64,000 nt of DNA, taken from the NCBI GenBank assembly GCA_951406725.2, contig OX597831.1, forward strand, positions 83,514,001 to 83,578,000, read 5' to 3'. Positions 52,686 through 64,000 of the stretch are shown here, one piece after another (position 1 is the stretch's first letter; every line of letters starts with the position of its first letter). The notes under the pieces were generated by a model. That model had not been told where the DNA came from. It saw only the letters and a list, made by a program, of their open reading frames with translations, and did no database searches. This DNA comes from Octopus vulgaris. Taxonomy: Eukaryota. A program made the position numbers and the translations under genes.

Positions 52686-55632
52686 ACGTAGGAGGGCTAC
52701 TGCGCGGCAACTGTAAAAGGAAAATCTCATTCCTGAGAGAGCTTGTGACGTGCAATCAAGCTATATGCATGGCACTCACAGAAACGCATCTTGGACCCGA
52801 TATAGGGGATGCAGAAATACACATACCGCAATATGCAGTCATACGCTCAGATAGAAAAGGGAGGAGCCATGGTGGAGTTGCAATGTACATCCGAGATGAC
52901 CTCACGCTCCAGGTCCTGTTGTCATATTCAAACTCAGTGTGTGGCACTCAAATCGTACACATAAGACAACTGAATATCGTCATATGCACTACATATCGCC
53001 CACTAGATGCTCAAAATCACCCAGGCATGTTTGAAGACTGCCTAGCATAAATAGAAGAAGTCCTCACCAACCTTGAACAACACAACAGTGTATTCTTCAT
53101 GGGTGGCTTTAACTTCCCCAATGTGGAATGGCCTGGGGGCAGATACTCTCAGGGATGACACGCCATCAGCAGGCACAGGCAGAGTCCCTGCTCCATCTCA
53201 CAAATGCCTCTTTCATGGAGCAAATAGTTCTGCAACCAAAAAGGGCAGATAATATACTGGATCTCTGCTTCACAAACAATATGGATATTATCCATAATGT
53301 TAAAGTGATGCCGACAATGATCTCGGATCACAACATAATAGAGCTGTCTATGTATGGACCAAAAGCCCCCGTAGACATACAGCCTATACGAAGCATCCAC
53401 CATCTCTCCAACTTAAACTTTCATAAAGCAAACTGGAAGTTGATTGAGAAAGAGATCCTCAAACAGGATTGGCCTAAATGTCTCTCTACACCGGACGTTA
53501 ACATGAAACACAAACACTTCATGTCCATAATACAAGCCATATGTGACAAATACGTCCCAGTGTACAGGGCCAGCACACACAAAAACAAAAACAGGATCCC
53601 TAGAAAAAGGAGGATTCTTATGAGACGACGGAAAAGGATTGCGAACCGCCTGAGCAAGCACACCAAAAGTGGTGAGAAGTCTCGGCTCGAGAGAATGCTA
53701 GTGGAAATTGAGAAAAGTCTGCATCAATCCCATGAAAAGGAGAGAGCAGATAAAGATGTTTGGGTAATAGAAAATAGAAAATCAAAGCCTAAAGCTTTCT
53801 TTAAGTTTGCCAAAGAGACAGCCACAGTGCACCAGAGAATAGGACCTCTCTTCCAAAAAGATGGATCTCTAACAGGAAATCCCACGAGGATAAGTCAAAT
53901 ACTGAACGAACAATTCCAAAGTGTGTTCACTACACCTCTGGGACACAGGCAAGTAAATAACCCAGAAGAATTCTTTGCCACTTTACCTGCGGCCAAAGAG
54001 GCAAAAATTGAGTACATCAACATTGAAGATGATGATATCACACTAGCCATAGATGAGATTGACACAAACTCAGCTGCTGGACCTGATGGGTTTCCAGCGA
54101 TCCTGCTCAAATCGTGCAAACGAGCCCTTTCAAAACCGTTACAGCTTCTTTTTCAGAGCTTCCTCGCAAGTGGTAAGCTCCCAGTCAAATTGAAAGAGGG
54201 GGTAATATGCCCTATCCATAAGGGAGGTAGCAGAGCAGATGCTAAAAACTATAGGCCTATCTCTCTGACCTCACACATCAGCAAAGTCATGAAACGAATA
54301 GTCCGCAAGAAACTAATCATGTTCCTTGAAGAAAATGACTTCCTGTCTGACACCCAGCATGGATTTCGACCAGGTAGAAGCTGCCTAACACAGCTCCTGC
54401 AAGAATAATGACTGGGTGTTAAAACAGCTACTAAATGGCTCAAATGTGGATATAATATATCTCGACTTTGCAAAAGCCTTTGATAAAGTCGACCATGGTA
54501 TTATATGTCACAAACTGCGTGGTCTCGGCATAGGCGGAAAACTTGGAGAGTGGTTGCACAACTTCCTAAAAGGCAGAAGACAGGCAGTTGTGAGCAATGG
54601 AGCCACCTCCAAGGAAACACAAATAACAAGCGGTGTTCCACAGGGCACTGTCTTGGGGCCACTGCTGTTCATAGTGGCCCTTTCAGACATGCCTTCAGTT
54701 GCTACGATGGCCACCCTTGCTAGCTATGCAGATGACACAAAAGTCTCCCACACAATACAAAACACTGAAAATATTGCACATCTGCAACAGGAGTTGGATA
54801 CAATATACAGGTGGGCTGAGGACAACATGCAGTTTAATGCAGGTAAGTTCCAGGCCCTGCGCTACCCGCACACAAAGGTAAACGACATGCAGACTGGATA
54901 CACTGGCTCAGGAGGAATTGCAATCCCTGAGTCAAAATCAGTGCGTGACCTGGGCATTGACATGAGCAATGATGCATCTTTCCAAGTGCATATTACTAAT
55001 CTGGTGATAAAATGCAGACGGCTAGCTGGATGGATTCTCCGAACTTTCAGAACAAGAGAGAAGGAGACACTGATGGTCCTCTGGAAAACATTCGTCCTCA
55101 GCCGCTTGGACTACTGCTATGGTCACCACACAATATAAAACTAACAGCAGAACTCGAAGCAATTCAGAGAAGTTACACAAAGAAAATCGTCTCAATGCAA
55201 AATATCAGCTACTGGGAAAGACTGAAAGTATTAAACCTCTTCTCCCTAGAGCGGAGGCGGGAGATATATGCGGTGATATACATCTGGAAAATCCTGGAGG
55301 GTCTTGTCCCAAACTTTGGCATTCAAAGTTACCCAAACCGCAGAACGGGGCGCCACTGCATGGTGCCAAATATTCCAGCATCACCATCAAAATACAGGAC
55401 CAGATACTGCAACAGCTTGAGTTTCAGAGGACAACAGTTCTTTAACATCCTCCCTAAATGCTTAAGAGACTTACATGGTGTGGATGTGGGTTTCTTTAAA
55501 ACTAAACTGGATCTCTTCTTGTCGGGAGTCCCAGATGAACCTACCTCACGACAGGAGACGCAGATACGGGCAGCAGCATCGAACTCCCTTGTTGATCAAG
55601 TGCCACGCATCAGAGGTGGATTCACATATTAG
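52631..55632 (+). pseudogene. CR1 ORF2 APE endonuclease / reverse transcriptase (disrupted)
   Basis: LTETHL, RSDR..HGGVAMYI, LDLCF, SDH, DFAKAFDKVDH, GVPQGTVLGPLLF and YADDTKV. Stops near 53050 and 54408, and a frameshift near 55120. Confidence 0.93.
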
Positions 55633-55953
55633 TGTAGCTCATTCAGCGGTGGTGCCCCAGCATGGCCGCGGCCTTCGGGCTAAAACATTTTTAAGGATTT
55701 AAGGATATACATACATACATATACATGCATATATATATACATATATATATACATACATATATACATACATATATATACGTTTATATATTTGTTGTGCAAG
55801 ATTTTTTATGTGAAGTCGTGTGTTGAAACAGATATTGTTGTATTTTGGAATGGTCATTTTGCCAGTTTAGCCAATAAAAACACACGCACTATATATTTGG
55901 TGTTACTTTGCTTCAATGTTATTTATTTTTTACATTAATCTTAATCTTATTTC

Positions 55954-55998
55954 GGCCAGAGTTCTTTCGTCACACTCCTGTGACCGCATCAGTGGTCC
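55954..55998 (-). ncRNA. Variant hammerhead-like motif
   Basis: GGACCA-CTGATGC-g-GTCAC-aggagt-GTGAC-GAAA-GaaC-TC-TGGCC. The A9 position is C. Confidence 0.5.
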
Positions 55999-56309
55999 TT
56001 TGTTTTCTTCTCACTTATTTGTGTCTCTCCTTACTAACCGTCAGCCATTTTGTATTTCTATTGTATGTCTTCATTTGTGCATGCTTATATCTCTATGTGC
56101 GTTTATGTTTATTTAGTGTGTGTGGGGGGGGATGCCTGTAATATTTGTATCTTCTGTTTATATAAGTTCATGTAATTTGTTTTTGTTGTTGTTTTTGTTT
56201 ATTCTTATTTGTTCATGTGTTTACATCCTCTTATTATTGTTATCATTACATATACTTGTATGTATGTATAACAACAATACTAGTAATAACAATAATAAAT
56301 CAAAAAACT

Positions 56310-58505
56310 ATAGCTAGGACCAAACTTAGAAAGATTTTAGGACTATACACTAAGAGACAGAGACAGAATAAGACAGAGGCCCAACAACTCGGGATTAAAC
56401 CTGCATGTGGCCTACATAAGCTCATTCAGCGCACGAGGAACGGAGAGGTGGTATGCCTTCCCACAGATAAGTCCGGCAGGATGTCAATAGGCAGCTTACC
56501 GAACTACATCCAGGCAATGCAACCTCATATTGCCAATACAAAAATAACAATTTTACAGGCGCATGAGGAGAGAGAAAAGGTCCTCAACGCCCACATGATG
56601 ATGTGGACAACTGTTTTGGGACCCTACAAACGTACAGCAAACAATTTCCAAGCCTGGAACAATGATATCCCGGCACTGTATGGACTTCGCAAGGACCATA
56701 AAGTAACCACTGACCCTATAGCAGGACCACCAACAAGACCAGTCTGTGGAGCGAATATGGCTTGCAACTACAGAATCTCCTACTTCCTCTCAATGATCAT
56801 ACGCCCTATAATCCGGATGTCACATGATGTTTGTGATAGCACAGAAGATCTCCTCAGCAGGATCAATGACTGTAACAACACTTGTGACCTGACAGCATGT
56901 ATGGTGGGTAGCATGGATGTGGTATCCCTATACCCATCGATCGACGTAGATTTTGCGGTGGAGAAGTGCGTGGAGATGATCAACGAGAGCCAGGTGGAGT
57001 TCCGTAATGTCAACACAGAGGAACTGGGCCTCCTACTTAGACTGACATGTGACAATGAATACCTAGATAAGCATGATCTTAGTAGTTTTTGCCCCAGTAG
57101 ATGTTTAAGAGGTAGACCGCCCACAATTACTTCTATGGCTAGGAAGACCCAAATAGAACGATGGCGCGGATGGACCAGAGCCATACGGAGCCCCGCAAAT
57201 GTCCATCAGGTAAAGAAAATGATCGCACATGCACTAGGAGCTAGTATAAGAGTTACTCTCAAAGGCCATACATTTAAGTTTAACAATAAAATATATGCCC
57301 AGGACGAGGGGGCAGCCATCGGTGTTAGTATCGCTGGTGATGTGGCCAACCTTTTCATGGTATGGTGGGACAGAAGGCTTAAAGAACGCCTAACACAGAA
57401 CTCCATACTCGTAAACATGTACTCTCTCTATGTTGATGATATCAACATAGTGGTAAAGGCACCCCCACAAGAGAGTACTGTTGATATAGTAATAGAAACT
57501 AATACTATGGAGAGCATCCAGCAAATAGTTAACTCCATCCACCAGAGTATAAAGGTCACAATAGACTACCCCACTAAACACCCCAACCATAGACTACCAG
57601 TACTAGACACTGAACTCTGGCTAGAAATTGTGAATAATAAAACCCAAACACTTCATTTGTACTATGCCAAACCTATGGCCTCAAAATACTTGATCCACCG
57701 GGACTCAGCCATTGCGGACAATGCCAAATTCAATATTTTGATGACAGACCTCGTCAGAATAATGAGAAATGTGTCACGCATGTGCGAGCCTACAGAGTTA
57801 AAGAGACACATACAATATTTCATTCACCGCATGCAGTTCTCAGGTTACAGCCATAAAGAAAGGATCAGAGTATACAAAGGAGCCATGAAGAAATTTGATA
57901 ATATATTATGTAATGATAGGAATGGGATTTGACCACTCTATAAGAACAAGTCATGGAACACTATAGAAAGGACAAAAAAGAAAATAGGGAAGGCCAACTC
58001 TTGGTATGATAGCCATAAATACCAGAGTGTCATGTTTGTTGACACCACCCCTGGAGGTGAACTGGCATACCGCTTTAGAAGGAACCTAGACAAACTTAAG
58101 CTAAGGATTAAGGTTGTTGAAAGGCCAGGCAACCCTATCAAATCTATAATCGATAGAACCTATCCTTTTAGTAGAACCCCCTGTACGGATAAGTACTGTA
58201 CTGTATGTAGATTTAGCCCACAAACAAACTGTAAAGCCAGAAATGTAGTCTATAGTATAAGATGTATAGAGGGACGATGCAGTAACAAGACAATGACATA
58301 CGTAGGGGAAACGGCAAGAAGCATAGCAGAGCGGGTAAATGACATATGAAAGAACTCAAGGAAGGTAAAAACTCATCGATTCTGTAACAACACGCCGAAC
58401 AGGAACACGGGGGATCAATCAACAACATAGAAATTAAAATATTGTCCACACATAGAACAGATGCAACAATCAGACAAATTACAGAAGCTACACACATAAT
58501 AGAAA
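56310..58505 (+). mobile_element. Penelope-like element, RT plus Cys-rich linker plus GIY-YIG (5'-truncated)
   Basis: PTDKSG, YGLRKDHK, RPV, SMDVVSLYPSID, QDEGAAIG, YVDD, LPVLD, then C..YC.VC and VVYSIRC...YVGET.RS..ER. In-frame TGA at 57930-57932 and later lesions. Confidence 0.92.
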
Positions 58506-58562
58506 TATATATATATATACATATATATATATACATATATATATATACATATATGTATATAC

Positions 58563-58593
<31 letters not shown>

Positions 58594-58617
58594 CATATAC
58601 ATATATATATACATATA

Positions 58618-59622
58618 TGATTGATTGATTGATTGATTCTAGTTTCAGCTTATGAGCTGTGGCCATGCTGGGGCACCGCCATTTGGTGTTGCTACTTGGT
58701 TTCACTTCATGGAGGCTTTCTAGCAACTGCTATTTGGTGCATGAGAGAGTTCGATGCAGCTGCCCTCATCTGCCCCTCCTGCCGTGAAGTTGGTTCATCT
58801 GGGACACCTGACAGGAAGAGATCCAGCTTCATTTTAAAGACATCTGTATCCACCCCATGCAGGTCTCTCAGGTTCTTCGGGAGGATATTGAAGAGCTGTG
58901 GGCCTCGGAAGCCCAGGCTATCACAGAATCTTGTCCTACATCTTGATGGCAGGTTTGGAGTCCTAGGCACCACGCAGTGGCGCCCAGTTCTGGCATTTGC
59001 GTAACTCTCGATGCCAAAGTTCAGGACACTTCCCTCCAGGATCTTCCAGATGTATATTATGGCATATCTTTCCCGCCTACGCTCCAGGGAATATAATTTT
59101 AATCTCTTGAGTCTTTCCCAGTAGCTTACATTCTGCATAGAGGCTATCTTCTTTGTGTAGCTTCGTTGGATCGCCTCAAGTTCTGTGATCAACTTGACAC
59201 TGGATGGTGACCATAGCTGAGAGCAATAGTCAAAGTGGCTTAGGACAAGTGTCTTCCAGAGGACCATCATGGTTTCTTGTTCTCTTGTTCTAAAGGTTCT
59301 AAGAATCCAGCCAGCCAGCCGTCTACATTTCATTGTCAGTTTAGCAACATGTACATGAAAGGTCGCGTCATCACTCATGTGAATACCCAGGTCACGCACT
59401 GATTGTGCCTCTGGGATTGCAATCCCTCCGGGTCCAGTGTATTCATTGGGTATTGCATTGTGCGTGATAGGTCTATAGTTCTTGGCTTCCGCTCTGCTAC
59501 CTCCTTTATGAATGGGGCATATTTTACCTTCCTTCAGTTTTCCTGGAAGTTTGCCAGCTGCAAGGAAGCTCTGAAAGAGGAACTGCAGTGGTCTTGCTAG
59601 GACTCTCTTACATGCTTATTGA
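58618..59622 (-). mobile_element. CR1-group LINE fragment with internal deletion and (AATC)n tail
   Basis: VRDLGIHMSDD...SHFDYCSQLWSP...LERRRERY and 3' GGTGCCCCAGCATGGCC. 59627-59683 is an inverted copy of 59350-59406. Confidence 0.9.
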
Positions 59623-60254
59623 GATACACAATCAGTGCGTGACCTGGGTATTCACATGAGTGATGACGCGACCTTTCATGTACAATATTAAACTATATTA
59701 AACGTTATTTAATTTAATCCTAAGGCTAATTTGACGGTATCAATATTAAACGTTATTTAATTTAATCTTAAGGCTAATTAGAAGATAGAGTATCTGGAAA
59801 ATTATTATATCGAGAACAGTTATTGAAAATGTAAACAAACCAAATGACGATCGCAACTTTAACTAAGATGTGGGCCTAAGTGAAAGATAAAATAGAATAA
59901 TAAATAAAATATGAAATAGATGAAATTGATACTTAATCCAACAATGTGGTCTGGATAATTTTTTTTTGGTTTACGGGATTTTTTTCGGGAGAGATGCTTC
60001 TTTTTTCTTTCTTGCAGGAGATAACTTGATTCAGTTATTTTTGCACCATGTGCGTTTCGGCGAAAATGAAAATTACTGTGTATATGTATATATTTATATA
60101 TATATTTTTAAAAATATTTTTAACCAAAGTGTTGTAGTGATCTCTATGACTTAGAGTTTTACGTTTTGCAACTACAGTGGGTTATTTCGCCGTTCTATGC
60201 AAACTTTTTCACAGAGCAAAGGCAATCACGTCTTTCTCTGCTGAAAACGGAACC

Positions 60255-61455
<1,201 letters not shown>

Positions 61456-61906
61456 TTCTCTTTTACTCTTTTACTTGTTTCAGCCATCCGGCTGAGGCCA
61501 TGCTGGGGCACCGCCCTTGTTGCTACCCTCTCTAAGTCCAGTTTGCCGTGGCTGGCCACTGATCTAAGAGAGAGTTTGTAGCTGCTGCCCTTAGGTTACC
61601 TTCGTACCTTGCAGTGGGTTCATCTGGGATCCCGGAAAGCAGCTTGTCTAGATGTTTTTTGAAAATGTCCACATCCGCATCATGTAGATCTCTTAGTTTT
61701 CTTGGCAGTTTGTTGAACAGCTGAGGGCCCCTGAACCCCAGGCTATTACAGTATCTGCTCCTTACCCTGGATGTGGAAGACGGGACCTTTGGCACCACAC
61801 AGTGACGTCCTGTACGGGGATTGGAACAGCTCTCAATTCCAAAATTTGGTGCTAGTCCCTCCAGGATTTTCCATATGTATATCACTGCATATCTCTCTCG
61901 TCTTCG
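61456..61906 (-). mobile_element. CR1-group LINE 3' fragment
   Basis: [17 protein letters not shown]...PDEPT and a 3' hairpin with a TAAAAGAG tail. Confidence 0.9.
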
Positions 61907-62542
<636 letters not shown>

Positions 62543-62789
62543 AAATGAGAAAATGGAGAAACATACCTAAATCAATCATCAACCATCAGATAATACCCAA
62601 TCAATACTTTATTAAACCATTACACAACAGCAGTTATATTATACATAATATATTACAAATATAACAAGACATAGAAATAGAAATAGAAAATACATTTATA
62701 TTATTTATATACACATACATATATATATATGAGATCGTTTGTTCCGACTGACATCTGGCAGCCAATATCTCTCGCGGGCGAGGACCTCG

Positions 62790-62945
62790 GCAGGAGACAC
62801 AGATCGGGCAGTGGCATCGAACTCCCTTGTTGACCCAGTGCTACGTATCAGAGGTGGATTCACATATTAGTGTAGCTCATTCAGCGGTGGTGCCCCAGCA
62901 TGTTTGCAGCCTTCGGGCTGAAACATTTTTAAGGATTTAAGAATT
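62790..62945 (+). mobile_element. CR1 3' end fragment (subfamily of 50270-55707)
   Basis: Matches ~55552-55707, including the TTTAAGGA tail. Confidence 0.85.
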
Positions 62946-62966
62946 TATATACATACATATATATAT

Positions 62967-63326
62967 GTGGTGCCTAGGACTCCAAACCTGCCATCAAGAT
63001 GTAGGACAAGATTCTGTGATAGCCTGGGCTTCCGAGGCCCACAGCTCTTCAATATCCTCCCGAAGAACCTGAGAGACCTGCATGGGGTGGATACAGATGT
63101 CTTTAAAATGAAGCTGGATCTCTTCCTGTCAGGTGTCCCAGATGAACCAACTTCACGGCAGGAGGGGCAGATGAGGGCAGCTGCATCGAACTCTCTCATG
63201 CACCAAATAGCAGTTGCTAGAAAGCCTCCATGAAGTGAAACCAAGTAGCAACACCAAATGGCGGTGCCCCAGCATGGCCACAGCTCATAAGCTGAAACTA
63301 GAATCAATCAATCAATCAATCAATCA
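62967..63326 (+). mobile_element. CR1 3' fragment, inverted duplicate of 58618-58973
   Basis: The translated overlap with the 58707-59399 ORF is identical, and the 3' UTR and (AATC)n tail are the same. Confidence 0.9.
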
Positions 63327-63490
63327 TATATATAAATATATATATATACATATATATACATAGATATATATATTTATATTTAAATAATGAGGGAGATAAA
63401 TTGAATATTAATTTAATTAATATCAATTTAAAACCAGTAGCCTAGCATATAAAAATTTGAAAAATCCAAGAAAATTCCAATACATGTGTA

Positions 63491-63730
63491 TATTTAGGGC
63501 TAAAAAACCACTATGTGGACAGCCATATGCTAGAAGTAGATCACATACGATCTAACTACAAAGAAAGAATGTTCTCCAGAGAAAATTCAGCGAACACCAG
63601 AACATAGGCGGGCAAGACAGATGAAAATTATATAAAAACCAATAATTAAGCGTATGTGACCGAATAAATTACTTACGTAACCCTTCGTCCATAGTATATA
63701 GCTGTCCACATAGTGGTTTTTTAGCCCTAA

Positions 63731-63733
<3 letters not shown>
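63491..63733. repeat. Fold-back element with ~42 bp inverted arms
   Basis: TATTTAGGGCTAAAAAACCACTATGTGGACAGC.. and ..GCTGTCCACATAGTGGTTTTTTAGCCCTAAATA. Confidence 0.75.
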
Positions 63734-63777
<44 letters not shown>

Positions 63778-63778
<1 letters not shown>

Positions 63779-64000
63779 GAGGACAACAACATGCAGTTTA
63801 ATGCAGGTAAGTTCCAGGCCCAGCGCTACCCGCACACAAAGGTAAACGACGTGCAGACTGGATACACTGGCCCAGGAAGAATTGCAATCCCTGAGTCAAA
63901 ATCAGTGCGTGACCTGGGCATTGACATGAGCAATGATGCATCTTCCCAAGTGCATATTACTAATCTGGTGATAAAATGCAGACGGCTAGCTGGATGGATT
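63778..64000 (+). mobile_element. CR1 ORF2 fragment (runs off the window)
   Basis: Nearly identical to ~54817-55036. Confidence 0.9.

Larger units (their letters stand above)
50270..55707 (+). mobile_element. Near full-length CR1-group LINE inserted in (TA)n
   Basis: Starts AAGATGGCGCC, then a long 5' UTR, ORF1, APE-RT ORF2, a 3' hairpin and a TTTAAGGA repeat tail. The 5' boundary is inferred. Confidence 0.88.

Noticed and set aside
57930-57932. In-frame TGA in the Penelope ORF as possible selenocysteine, as in some Naiad PLEs
   Set aside because: The context GI*PLYK fits an Arg codon (CGA to TGA decay) rather than a Cys position. No SECIS was recognised and the copy has other lesions.

Overview
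AT-rich, microsatellite-saturated eukaryotic DNA. The SINE and LINE families suggest an octopod cephalopod such as Octopus (inference from recalled families, not a database search). No intact host protein-coding gene is recognisable. Most ORF-track entries are translations of (TA)n, (GT)n, (GATA)n or (AAT)n repeats, or antisense frames of transposons. The window is a transposon graveyard: a near full-length CR1-group LINE (50270-55707), a near full-length Tx1/L1-clade LINE (26915-32280), further CR1, Tx1 and R4/Dong fragments, three Penelope-like (PLE) pieces, two DD37D maT elements, hAT and pogo remnants, a piggyBac MITE, a probable Helitron and several SINEs. The main hidden signal is RNA structure: at least five unrelated repeat families carry hammerhead ribozyme (HHR) motifs. 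One is a ~470-480 nt retrozyme-like unit found at two loci as circularly permuted, terminally redundant copies, with compensatory changes in the ribozyme stem I. Another is a PLE 3' end built as GIY-YIG ORF, tRNA-like Pol III promoter, (AAT)n, then hammerhead, which also occurs as an ORF-less copy. All structures were folded by eye and none has been tested.
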